DNA of 32,000 nt from Candidatus Iainarchaeum sp. (GTDB lineage: Archaea > Iainarchaeota > Iainarchaeia > Iainarchaeales > JAZDEL01), in NCBI GenBank assembly GCA_043808785.1, contig JAZDEL010000001.1, forward strand, positions 30,001 to 62,000, read 5' to 3'. Shown here one piece after another: positions 1 through 7,813 of this stretch (positions within the stretch are counted from its first letter, which is position 1; the number at the start of each line of letters is the position of its first letter). The notes beneath the pieces are model-generated. The model searched no databases. It was not told where the DNA came from and worked only from the letters and a program-made list of their open reading frames with translations. The translations under genes were made by a program, and so were the position numbers.

Positions 1-1
1 G

Positions 2-655
2 TGGCCTGTCACGGATGCGCGTGCTTTCACGCCAACATACAAAAAGCGCGCAGGGTTAACCGAGAGGCAGAAATTCGAAATAATGGCGGGCGCAATCCTC
101 GCGCAGAACACAGCGTGGGTAAATGTAATGCGCGCGCTTGAAAATTTGAACAGGGAGGGTCTGCTGGATTGCGCAAAATTGGCAAAGGCAAAAAAACAAA
201 AAATCGCGCGCCTGGTTCGCCCGAGCGGTTATTTCAACATGAAGGCGGAGAAGCTGAAGCGCTTTGCGGTTTGGCTTGAGAAGAACCACGGGGGGAAGCC
301 GTCGAGTTTTTTTGGTTCAGGCGATACTATCCAGCAATTGCGCTCAGAACTCCTTTCCCTCCATGGAATCGGAAATGAAACCGCAGACTCAATGCTCCTC
401 TACGCCGGAAACCTTCCCTCGTTCGTAATCGACGCATACACACTGCGTTTTATGGAGCGCTTTTACGCAATGCGGGGAATTAATTATGTAGAAGCCAAAC
501 ACTTCTTCGAGCGCAGCCTTCCCGCGGATGCCGCGCTTTTCAACGAGTTCCACGCCCTCCTCGTCGAACTCGGCAAGAACTATTGCAAAAAATCCAACCC
601 GCGCTGTGAAGAGTGCTGCGTGCGCGCGGAGTGCGGGTTTGCCGGAAAGCGGTGA
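2..655 (+). CDS. Endonuclease III-like HhH-GPD DNA glycosylase, 5' end outside window
   Basis: The frame is open from nt 2 (..TERQKFEIMAGAILAQNTAW), so the Met at 83 is probably internal. HhH motif LHGIGNETAD. C-terminal C-X6-C-X2-C-X5-C iron-sulfur loop (CKKSNPRCEECCVRAEC). Confidence 0.8.
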   Translation, partial: WPVTDARAFTPTYKKRAGLTERQKFEIMAGAILAQNTAWVNVMRALENLNREGLLDCAKLAKAKKQKIARLVRPSGYFNMKAEKLKRFAVWLEKNHGGKPSSFFGSGDTIQQLRSELLSLHGIGNETADSMLLYAGNLPSFVIDAYTLRFMERFYAMRGINYVEAKHFFERSLPADAALFNEFHALLVELGKNYCKKSNPRCEECCVRAECGFAGKR

Positions 656-720
656 AGCAAGCGGAAAGAATGTGCGTTTGCCGGGGGAAAGTGATTGCTG
701 CGTTAACCCTTATCTGGCGC

Positions 721-1050
721 TTATAAGTCGCCTTTCTTCCTTTCCCCTTCCATTATTTCCCTGAACCTTCTCCAGCGCTGTGCGGGCGTGCCGTGCAGGG
801 TTTCGACGTTTTCTTCCATTTTTTTATTCAGGCCGTGTTTTGTCCCCGCCCGCCGGCTGCCTTCTTTGGCAAGCCCCGCCCTTTCCCGTTTCCTGATTAA
901 GCCTTCACAGCCCCTTATTTTTGCAATCACCCTTTTTTTGCTTGTTCCGAGGGCTCTGCGCGTAATTTTCATGTCATCCTCGAGCAGGACCGCAAGATGC
1001 GCCCGCGTTTTAAGAAGTTCCCCCCTGTAAACCTTTCTCGGAACAGGCAC
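721..1050 (-). CDS. Hypothetical small basic protein
   Basis: 109-codon ORF (GTG start) 15 nt downstream of htpX on the same strand. No recognisable motif. A competing 80-aa ORF lies on the + strand. Confidence 0.3.
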   Translation of the reverse strand: MPVPRKVYRGELLKTRAHLAVLLEDDMKITRRALGTSKKRVIAKIRGCEGLIRKRERAGLAKEGSRRAGTKHGLNKKMEENVETLHGTPAQRWRRFREIMEGERKKGDL

Positions 1051-1065
1051 AGAAAAGCCCCCGCC

Positions 1066-1968
1066 CTACATCGCCTCTAACTTCTTAATCCTGTCCTCTA
1101 TCGGAGGGTGCGTGGAGAACAAACTTTTGAACCACAGCTTCTGCCCCTTCAAAGGGTTCGCAATGTAAAGGTGCGCCGTGGCCTTGTTCGCAGCCTCAAG
1201 CACTTCCTTGTCCCCCGAGATTTTCCTCAATGCGGAGGCAAGCCCTTGGGGATAACGGGTCATCTGCACGCCGCTCGCGTCCGCAAGATACTCGCGCTTC
1301 CTGCTTATCGAGAGGTTTATCAGCTGCGCAATCAGGGGGGTAAGGATTGCAAGCAGCAGCCCCACAACAATCCCTATAATCATAACCGCCCCGCCCTTGC
1401 TGTCCCTGTTGCCCCTTAGCCCGCCGAAAAGGAACATCCTCAGCATGAAGTCGCTCATCAGCACGGCAAGCCCCACAAGGATTGCGGCCATTGTCATAAC
1501 CAGTATATCGCGGTTCTTTATGTGCGACATTTCATGCGCTATCACCCCCTGCAGTTCCTCGCGGTTCATTTTCGCAAGCAGGCCCGTTGTAGCGCAAATC
1601 ACGCTGTGCTTCGGGTCGCGGCCTGTTGCGAATGCGTTCATTGCAGTGTCCTCAATCACATAAAGCCTCGGCTTCGGTATGCCCGATGCAATCGACATCT
1701 CCTCCGCAATATTGTGGAATTTGGGGAACTCCTCCTTTGTCGCCTCCCTTGCCCTTGAAATCGCCAGCACGATTTTGTCGCTGTTGAAATACGAGAATGC
1801 CGCGTAAATTACCGCGAACCCGCCGAATATGTAAATGAACAGCGCGTCCCCGAGCACGAACGAGAACACGTACCCCAATGCAAAAAGAAGAATAAAAAAA
1901 ACGGCAAACAGGAGGACCGTTGTCCTTTTGTTTGCCGAAATTTCCTCGTAGAAGCTCATTCGCCCCAC
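1066..1968 (-). CDS. htpX: Zinc metalloprotease HtpX (peptidase M48)
   Basis: HEMSH zinc-binding motif (AHEMSHIKNRD), several TM helices, C-terminal STHPPIEDRI typical of HtpX. Confidence 0.92.
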   Translation of the reverse strand: MGRMSFYEEISANKRTTVLLFAVFFILLFALGYVFSFVLGDALFIYIFGGFAVIYAAFSYFNSDKIVLAISRAREATKEEFPKFHNIAEEMSIASGIPKPRLYVIEDTAMNAFATGRDPKHSVICATTGLLAKMNREELQGVIAHEMSHIKNRDILVMTMAAILVGLAVLMSDFMLRMFLFGGLRGNRDSKGGAVMIIGIVVGLLLAILTPLIAQLINLSISRKREYLADASGVQMTRYPQGLASALRKISGDKEVLEAANKATAHLYIANPLKGQKLWFKSLFSTHPPIEDRIKKLEAM

Positions 1969-1982
1969 CGTTTATCCGGCAT

Positions 1983-2552
1983 TTACGCAAGGTCCGAGAA
2001 GTCCGCCTTCACGGCCTTCCTCTCCTGCCCTTCCGCCTCGAAGTATTCCCTCGGCGTGCCCATGCCGAACAGTGCGGCAAATACGTTCCCCGGGAACTGC
2101 GCAATCGCGGTGTTGAACAGCATCACGCTGTCGTTGTAGAACTGCCGGGCGTACGCGATCTTGTTCTCCGTTGCCGAGAACTCCTCCTGCAGCTGCGCGA
2201 AGTTCTCCGTGGCCCTGAGCTTCGGATACGCCTCCGCAACCGCAAAGATGGTTTTCAGCGCGCCCGAAAGCATGTTCTCAGCCTTTGCGCTCTCCTTGGG
2301 GCTCTTTGCCTTCATTATCGCGGTCCTCGCCTCGGTTACCTCGGTTAGTACGCGCTTCTCGAACTTCGCGTAGCCCTTGACCGTCTCTATAAGGTTCGGT
2401 ATAAGGTCCGCGCGCCTCTTGAGCTGCACGTCTATCTGCGACCATGCATTGTTGACCTTCATCTTCTTGTCCACAAGGGAGTTGTAGATGAGCACGACCG
2501 CGCCCGCAATCACTATGAGGATTATCAGCACAACCCATTCTATCATATGCAC
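1983..2552 (-). CDS. lemA: LemA family membrane protein
   Basis: Single N-terminal TM helix followed by a LemA-type helical domain (NAWSQIDVQLKRRADLIPNL, YPKLRATENF). Forms the classic lemA-htpX pair. Confidence 0.9.
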   Translation of the reverse strand: MHMIEWVVLIILIVIAGAVVLIYNSLVDKKMKVNNAWSQIDVQLKRRADLIPNLIETVKGYAKFEKRVLTEVTEARTAIMKAKSPKESAKAENMLSGALKTIFAVAEAYPKLRATENFAQLQEEFSATENKIAYARQFYNDSVMLFNTAIAQFPGNVFAALFGMGTPREYFEAEGQERKAVKADFSDLA

Positions 2553-2665
2553 CCTCCTGTCCGGTTACTCCGCCCCTGTATGGTTTCCTTTATGCGTATA
2601 ACTAATGGGGATGTATGCTTTAAAAGGGTTTTTATAGGTGCGCGGCGCCTTAACCCCCCTAACCC

Positions 2666-2688
2666 AAAAAACCCGCCACGGGCGGGTT
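2666..2688 (-). terminator. Hairpin plus T-run directly after a tRNA 3'-end remnant
   Basis: The minus strand reads TCCCCCCTGCA-T-AACCCGCC-CGT-GGCGGGTT-TTTT. This is an 8-bp perfect stem with a 3-nt loop and a T tract, right after an 11-nt copy of the tRNA-Leu 3' end. Confidence 0.5.
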
Positions 2689-2700
2689 ATGCAGGGGGGA
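2687..2700. repeat. att-like direct repeat, left copy (TTATGCAGGGGGGA)
   Basis: Perfect 14-nt identity with 6268-6281, which covers the discriminator base, the 3' acceptor strand and 3 nt of the T stem of tRNA-Leu plus 3 flanking nt. Confidence 0.6.
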
Positions 2701-2766
2701 AACAACACCCCCATGGTTCTGTCTGCCCGCCCTCTTTTAAGGATTTCGGTTGAGGAAGGCGAGGCT

Positions 2767-3963
2767 ATGAGAAAGTATCTGCATGACTACGATAAGATTC
2801 TTGAAGGGGAGACAGCGCGCGTCAATAACGCCCAAATCTCCGAGGCAAACAGGAAAATACTCCTCGAATTCAACGACTACAACCTCGGCCGCGGCCTGAG
2901 CAAGGCGAGGATTTCTAGGAATTCCATCAGCCTCAGGCTGATTGCGAAGCGCCTTGGGAAGGACCTCGCAGGCCTTACGCGCGGCGATGTTGAGCGCCTG
3001 CTCATAATGCTGAAAAAGGAAAACAAGGCTGTTTCCTCCATAGAGACGGACAAGGTTGTTCTCAAGTCCTTTTTCAAGTGGCTCGGCAACGGGGAAACGC
3101 CGGAGTGCGTTAAATGGTACAAATGCAGGGCATCCATCAGCGCAAAGAAGCTGCCCGACGATTTGCTCGAGCAGGAGGAAATAAAGAGGATGCTGAAATT
3201 CGCTTTGAACAAGAGGGACAAGGCGCTTATCGCCATGCTGTGGGACAGCGGTGCAAGGATAGGGGAAATCGGCGGCCTGCAGATAAAAAACGTTGCCTTT
3301 GACAAGTTCGGCTGCAGGATAATTGTTGACGGCAAGACAGGCATGAGGCGCGTAATGCTTGTGGACTCCGCCCCCTACCTGCTTGAATGGATAAATTCGC
3401 ACCCCAATTCGCAGGACCGCGAAGCCCCGCTCTGGGTTGCGATAGAGCAGAATGCAGGGGAGCAGCTGACGCACAGATGCATAATGAAGATGCTGAGGAG
3501 GGTTGCGAAAAGGGCGAAGATAAAGAAGCCCGTCAACCCGCACCAGTTCAGGCATTCCCGCGCAACCTACATGTCGCAGTTCCTCACCGAGGCGCAGATG
3601 AAGGAATACTTCGGCTGGGTGCAGGATTCCAAGATGGCTGCGCGCTATGTGCATCTCTCGGGGAAGCAGGTTGATGATGCGATACTCAGGCTGCACGGCC
3701 TTGTCGATGACGACAAAAAGGAGGACATCCTAAAAAGGGAGCCATGCCCGCGCTGCAATGAAATTAATGACGTGAACAACAAATACTGCCACAAGTGCTG
3801 GCTGCCGCTCACGCAGCAGGCCACTCAGGAAGTTCAGGAAGGGGAGCAGAAAGACCAGGAGGGGATAGTCGCCATTGTGAAGCTGCTGGAGATTGCCGGG
3901 CGCAACCCCGCGCTGATGAAGCAGGCAATAACCGCGATGCAGCAGCCCTCGGCTGTCGGATAG
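2767..3963 (+). CDS. Tyrosine recombinase / phage-type integrase with C-terminal zinc ribbon
   Basis: Catalytic set is present: SGARIGE (Arg), HQFRHSRAT (H-x-x-R), AARYVHLS (Tyr). Extra C-terminal CPRC-X10-CHKC. Start placed at ATG 2767, with a TTTTAAGG box at 2734-2741. The GTG-2638 extension would run across the att repeat. Confidence 0.85.
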   Translation: MRKYLHDYDKILEGETARVNNAQISEANRKILLEFNDYNLGRGLSKARISRNSISLRLIAKRLGKDLAGLTRGDVERLLIMLKKENKAVSSIETDKVVLKSFFKWLGNGETPECVKWYKCRASISAKKLPDDLLEQEEIKRMLKFALNKRDKALIAMLWDSGARIGEIGGLQIKNVAFDKFGCRIIVDGKTGMRRVMLVDSAPYLLEWINSHPNSQDREAPLWVAIEQNAGEQLTHRCIMKMLRRVAKRAKIKKPVNPHQFRHSRATYMSQFLTEAQMKEYFGWVQDSKMAARYVHLSGKQVDDAILRLHGLVDDDKKEDILKREPCPRCNEINDVNNKYCHKCWLPLTQQATQEVQEGEQKDQEGIVAIVKLLEIAGRNPALMKQAITAMQQPSAVG

Positions 3964-4103
3964 GCCGAGTAATCAGCGGCTTTCAATCCGGTTCACCCTA
4001 GCGATGGCCTCAATCGCCATCTGCTCGGTTTCCCCTCAGCCTTCGGGTTAGTTCCTCAATCCTCTCGCTGAGGATGGTGTAATTCCTCATCGGGGAGTTG
4101 CTG

Positions 4104-4292
4104 TTAAACTGCATCCGTGTTGCGTCCCTCATTTTCGCCCCCCTGCCTTAAGTATTTTTCCAGCTGTTCCAGAATGTAAACAAACGCCCTGCCGTGGGTT
4201 TTCTCGAAGTGTTCAAGGTTTTTGTAGTTCATTTGCCGCGCCAGCCCGTAAAGGAAAACGTGCAACGAACCTGCAACAGGTTTATATCGCAA
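4104..4292 (-). CDS. Hypothetical small protein (possible element-encoded regulator)
   Basis: 62-codon ORF (TTG start, internal ATG at 4232) divergent from abiEi across an AT-rich region. No motif recognised. A competing + strand ORF lies at 4194-4394. Confidence 0.25.
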   Translation of the reverse strand: MRYKPVAGSLHVFLYGLARQMNYKNLEHFEKTHGRAFVYILEQLEKYLRQGGENEGRNTDAV

Positions 4293-4312
4293 TTATACTA
4301 TAATGATATAAT

Positions 4313-4409
4313 TGTGATATGGATGCGGCCGAAGGGTGCGGGAGCCGAAAAACCCCGCGATATGTTTATATTACAATTTACTAAAAAGTATTAAACTGTG
4401 ATATGGATG
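4313..4409 (+). repeat. 13-nt direct repeat TGTGATATGGATG (4313-4325 and 4397-4409)
   Basis: The second copy contains the abiEi GTG/ATG start codons. The first copy lies 84 nt upstream and opens only a 27-codon frame. Confidence 0.6.
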
Positions 4410-5039
4410 AAATACAGGATTTTGGTCAGGCGGCTGCTGCTGTGGGAGGGCAGGTATATTTCAGATGCCGAACTGAAAGTGCTTTGCGCAAGGCTGAAAA
4501 TTCCCTACAAAAGCGCGATAATGTATTTGTTTACCAACAAGTACCTGAAGCGGATTGTCCGCGGATTCTTTTACATTCCCTCCGCGGAAGAGCGCAGGCT
4601 GAAAACAGGCGGGCCGAATGTCCTCGAAGCAATCGCAAAAGCGATGGACTATAAGAAAGTGAGGGACTGGTATTTCGGCCTGGAGACCGCGATAAAACTG
4701 AATGCCATAACGCACGAATATTTTACAATAGACTATGTCGTTTCCGACACAATCTTCAGGGCGAAACCGATGGAAATTCTCGGGAGGAGGGTGAAGTTTG
4801 TAAAGCTCAAAAAAGGGCTTTTCGGCTTCGGGACAAAAAGGAACGGCCCCATAATCTACTCCGGCCTGGAGAAAACGCTCCTTGATTTGATACACCTGAA
4901 AAAGCACGGCGGCAAAAAAGACGGCGCGATAAGGGACGATTTAATCGAATGGGCTGAAACAGCCTCAAGAAAAAAACTGAAGGAATATTCGAAGCATTAC
5001 GGCATGTCGGTCAGGAAAGCCGCGGAGGCATTGGAATGA
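4398..5039 (+). CDS. abiEi: AbiEi-family type IV antitoxin / transcriptional regulator
   Basis: N-terminal wHTH ending in LKRIVRGFFYIP. C-terminal domain with YFGLETAIKLNAIT and SGLEKTLLDLIHL. Stop overlaps the abiEii start (ATGA). The start may instead be ATG 4407. Confidence 0.8.
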   Translation: MIWMKYRILVRRLLLWEGRYISDAELKVLCARLKIPYKSAIMYLFTNKYLKRIVRGFFYIPSAEERRLKTGGPNVLEAIAKAMDYKKVRDWYFGLETAIKLNAITHEYFTIDYVVSDTIFRAKPMEILGRRVKFVKLKKGLFGFGTKRNGPIIYSGLEKTLLDLIHLKKHGGKKDGAIRDDLIEWAETASRKKLKEYSKHYGMSVRKAAEALE

Positions 5040-5995
5040 TTCCTTCGGATTTTACCGAAAAAGTCGCGGAAAGCCTCGGAATAAGGGAAACAAAGCTTGT
5101 GGAAAAGGACCTTTACCTGCAGGGGCTTCTCATTGAATTGTCGAAATCGGAATATTTTTCGGAAAATTTTGTTTTCAAGGGCGGCACCTGCCTGACAAAA
5201 GCCTATTTCGGCTATTATCGCTTTTCGGAGGACCTCGACTTTACCTGGCTGCGCCAGGAAGCATTTAAGGGCAAAACCGAGAATCAAATCCGCAGAATGC
5301 TTTCTGAAGAAATTAACAAGATAATGGAACTGCTTGCGGTTACTGCAAAAGAATTGGGCCTTGACTTCAGGGCGGAAAAATCCGATAAGCATTATGTCCA
5401 GCTCGGCGGCAGCAACCGCTTTGCCACATTCAAATTCTGGTACAAGCCCGGCAATCCTGTGGAAAATGAAACATTCATAAAAATCCAGTTAAGTTTTGTG
5501 GACAAAATAATTCATGCACCAAAAAAGCACAAACTTGCGCCGCTCTCCCCGCCGGGCAAAAAGGAACTGGAGCTCGAATACCCCGAATATGCGGCAATGG
5601 CGCTGGAAAGCCCCTCAGTTTACTGCTACGATTTGAAGGAAATCGCTTCCGAGAAAATCCGCGCACTGCTCACGAGAAGGGGCTTCAAGGCAAGGGACAT
5701 AGTCGACCTGTACATGCTTGACAAGAAGGGAATTACAATCAAGTCTGCTAGGGCAATGGCTTCCGAGAAAACCCTGTTCATGCTCCGCTATCTCAAATAT
5801 GCTGAGCACCTGAAGCTCAGGCATTTCGGCGGAAACTTCGCGCTCGGAGAGGAGCAGAACCTGCTGGTAAAACAGCAGGGCAAGGATTTCGGGAAGTTCG
5901 CGGAAAAGGCGCTCGCGGAACTTGACGGACTTGCGGAAGAAATAAGGCGAAAATCGGCAAAGTGGCGCGGCAGGGAAAAGGGAGATGTCATATAA
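5036..5995 (+). CDS. abiEii: AbiEii/AbiGii-family nucleotidyltransferase toxin
   Basis: Hallmark FVFKGGTCLTKAYFGYYRFSEDLDF nucleotidyltransferase motif. 4-nt overlap with the upstream antitoxin gene. Confidence 0.9.
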   Translation: MIPSDFTEKVAESLGIRETKLVEKDLYLQGLLIELSKSEYFSENFVFKGGTCLTKAYFGYYRFSEDLDFTWLRQEAFKGKTENQIRRMLSEEINKIMELLAVTAKELGLDFRAEKSDKHYVQLGGSNRFATFKFWYKPGNPVENETFIKIQLSFVDKIIHAPKKHKLAPLSPPGKKELELEYPEYAAMALESPSVYCYDLKEIASEKIRALLTRRGFKARDIVDLYMLDKKGITIKSARAMASEKTLFMLRYLKYAEHLKLRHFGGNFALGEEQNLLVKQQGKDFGKFAEKALAELDGLAEEIRRKSAKWRGREKGDVI

Positions 5996-6140
5996 GGCGG
6001 TTATATGACAATCAATTTGCCGAAAACAAACAAAAACTTAATTAAGAAGTTTGGGCATTATAGTTGCAACAGAAAAAATCGACTAATCCTTATTTGGAGC
6101 ACGGCACAGAACCTTGGGTTAAATGCAGGGGGAGCATCCC

Positions 6141-6205
6141 AACAGCCTTTTCGGAGCGCGGGATTTCGCGCTGCTCAATCCCGCTTCCAAAAGCCTGGGG
6201 AAAAC
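6141..6205. repeat. Conserved hairpin element, copy 1
   Basis: AACAGCCTTTTCGGAGCGCGGG (22 nt) and CCCGCTTCCAAAAG (14 nt) are identical to 10498-10519 and 10525-10538. The arms are complementary (CCTTTT..GCGGG / CCCGC..AAAAGG). The loop is 17 nt here versus 5 nt in copy 2. Confidence 0.7.
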
Positions 6206-6242
6206 CGCAGTTGTTCGCCCGCAGGCGAACTGTTTCTTTCGC

Positions 6243-6269
6243 AAACCTTTCTTTCCTAAAGAAAGGTTT
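6243..6269 (-). terminator. 12-bp perfect hairpin immediately 3' of tRNA-Leu
   Basis: AAACCTTTCTTT-cct-AAAGAAAGGTTT ends one base from the tRNA 3' end. T-rich arms fit archaeal termination or processing. Confidence 0.45.
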
Positions 6270-6281
6270 ATGCAGGGGGGA
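6268..6281. repeat. att-like direct repeat, right copy (TTATGCAGGGGGGA)
   Basis: Identical to 2687-2700. Overlaps the 3' end of the intact tRNA-Leu. Confidence 0.6.
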
Positions 6282-6354
6282 GGATTCGAACCCCCGAACG
6301 CACTAAGCGACAGCGCCCTGAACGCTGCTGGTTTGGCCGCTTCCATACCCCTGC
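6271..6354 (-). tRNA. tRNA-Leu (anticodon CAG), class II, no encoded CCA
   Basis: Hand-folded. Acceptor GCAGGGG/CCCCTGC with discriminator A. Anticodon arm CAGCG-TTCAGGG-CGCTG. Long variable arm (TCGCTTAGTGCGTTC). T arm GGGGG-TTCGAAT-CCTCC. Confidence 0.9.
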
Positions 6355-6505
6355 ATTGCCCGGTTTGCGCGCCTGGTTTGGGGCTGCAACCCGGCTGCCC
6401 CTCCCTCACGCACGGCGTAACCGCGGTTGCCCGCAATTGCGCCATTTGCCTGATAACTAACAATTACGAAAAGTATTTAAAGTTAGGAAGGGATTAAATA
6501 AACCG

Positions 6506-7813
6506 ATGCGCGGGCGTGTTTTATTTTCGGTTCTGCTGCTTTCCGCGGCACTTTCAATTTTCGCAGGCTCCGCGCTTGCGGACGGAGGCATGGTTCCTGT
6601 CCGCCCTATAGGCGGCGAATACGTGCCAAGGCCGATTTATGAACCAGAGCAGAAAGCAGCAATATTCTACAACCACGGCAAGGAGGACATGATACTCCAG
6701 GCAAGGTATGACGCGGGCGAAGCCACGGAATTCGCCTGGATTATCCCTACTCCTAATTACCCAATCCTCACAAAAGGCGACGAAACCGTTTTCCTCGAGC
6801 TCGAGGATTTCCTGGGGTATGGGCGCGGCTGGATTATGGCGCCCATGGCGCTGGGTGCGGCAAAGAGCGCGGAAAGCGTCACTGTTCACGAGGAGCGCGG
6901 CATAGGCCCTTACACGGTTGCAGTCATCTCCTCCGAAAGCCCGAACGCCATTTCCGAATGGCTGAACAACAACGGCTACGCCTTCCCCGCGGAACACGCC
7001 GATGTCCTCACGCACTACACATCCAAAGGCTGGTATTTCACGGCAATCAGGGTTAATTCCGCGGAACTCGAAACCAACAGAGGCACCGCCGCAGCGCTGA
7101 GCCAGGGCAAGCTCCAGCCTGTAAAGCTCAGCTTCTTCTCGGATGAAATGATTTACCCGCTCAAGATATCCTCGATAAACGCCGACGACGCCTCGAGGAG
7201 AACCAGCATAACCATTTATGCCGTAACCGACCTGCCTGTGGAGGCGGACAACTTCTACGTTTCCAGGGAAAAGCAGATAACCCCGCAGGAAGCCGAGAGT
7301 TACACGGCGCTCTCCAAATATATCCCGCGCACCATGCAGGTTACAAAACTCACAGCAAGCCTGCCGGCATTCAAGATGAACAAGGACGTTTCCCTTGTGC
7401 CGAGCCTTCTGGGAATGGCTCTTGTGGATTCCGCGATTATTTTCGTCGCACTTTTCCTTTCGGTTATTGTGCTTGCCGTGCTTTACATGGAGAAAAAGTT
7501 CATAAAAACAAAAACCCAGGTGGTTCTCTATTCCGCGGGAATCGGGGCAGGCCTGCTTGTGCTCCTAATCCTCATTTCATTCCTGCCGATGCTTTCAGGC
7601 ACGCTTGAAGTGGGGCAGGCAAAGGCGGATTACCTCGCATACAAGGGCGCGATGGACAGCGGCACCGCCGCCTCCTGCAGTGCCATATCCAACGCCGACC
7701 TGCAGCAGCTCTGCGCGGATTCCTTCAGGGTAATGAACACCTGCTCCGGCATTTCAGACAAGCCAAAGCGCGACGCGTGCTACGACAACCTCGGGGTTTA
7801 TTACGGCTCATAG
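6506..7813 (+). CDS. Secreted/membrane protein, possibly DUF2330-like
   Basis: Signal peptide (LLLSAALSIFAGSALADGG), a large extracytoplasmic domain, two C-terminal TM helices and a Cys-rich tail. TATTTAAA box at 6472-6479. The DUF2330 resemblance is from memory only. Confidence 0.75.
   Translation: MRGRVLFSVLLLSAALSIFAGSALADGGMVPVRPIGGEYVPRPIYEPEQKAAIFYNHGKEDMILQARYDAGEATEFAWIIPTPNYPILTKGDETVFLELEDFLGYGRGWIMAPMALGAAKSAESVTVHEERGIGPYTVAVISSESPNAISEWLNNNGYAFPAEHADVLTHYTSKGWYFTAIRVNSAELETNRGTAAALSQGKLQPVKLSFFSDEMIYPLKISSINADDASRRTSITIYAVTDLPVEADNFYVSREKQITPQEAESYTALSKYIPRTMQVTKLTASLPAFKMNKDVSLVPSLLGMALVDSAIIFVALFLSVIVLAVLYMEKKFIKTKTQVVLYSAGIGAGLLVLLILISFLPMLSGTLEVGQAKADYLAYKGAMDSGTAASCSAISNADLQQLCADSFRVMNTCSGISDKPKRDACYDNLGVYYGS

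Larger units (their letters stand above)
2687..6281. mobile_element. Small integrated element (integrase + AbiE toxin-antitoxin) in the tRNA-Leu 3' end
   Basis: 14-nt direct repeats at both ends. One end is inside an intact tRNA gene. The other end is a tRNA 3' remnant followed by a terminator. An intact tyrosine integrase sits next to the remnant. Confidence 0.55.

Noticed and set aside
2638-2766. GTG-initiated N-terminal extension of the integrase ORF
   Set aside because: The extension crosses the att repeat and the tRNA remnant/terminator and has no coding character. ATG 2767 has its own TATA-like box.
2737-3696. 319-aa ORF on the minus strand
   Set aside because: It lies fully antisense to the integrase, which has a complete catalytic motif set. 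It has no motifs of its own. This is a typical shadow ORF in GC-rich coding sequence.
4293-4397. AT-rich block as a replication origin
   Set aside because: It has no ORB-like repeats and no adjacent cdc6/orc gene. The block is adequately explained by divergent promoters.
6123-6134. Possible third att-like copy (ATGCAGGGGGAG, 5 Gs instead of 6)
   Set aside because: It is only ~12 nt with an indel. I cannot distinguish it from chance without genome-wide statistics.
6005-6497. Several 80-124-aa ORFs on both strands
   Set aside because: They overlap the tRNA-Leu gene, its hairpin and the repeated hairpin element. Their translations are Arg/Pro/Gly-rich noise.
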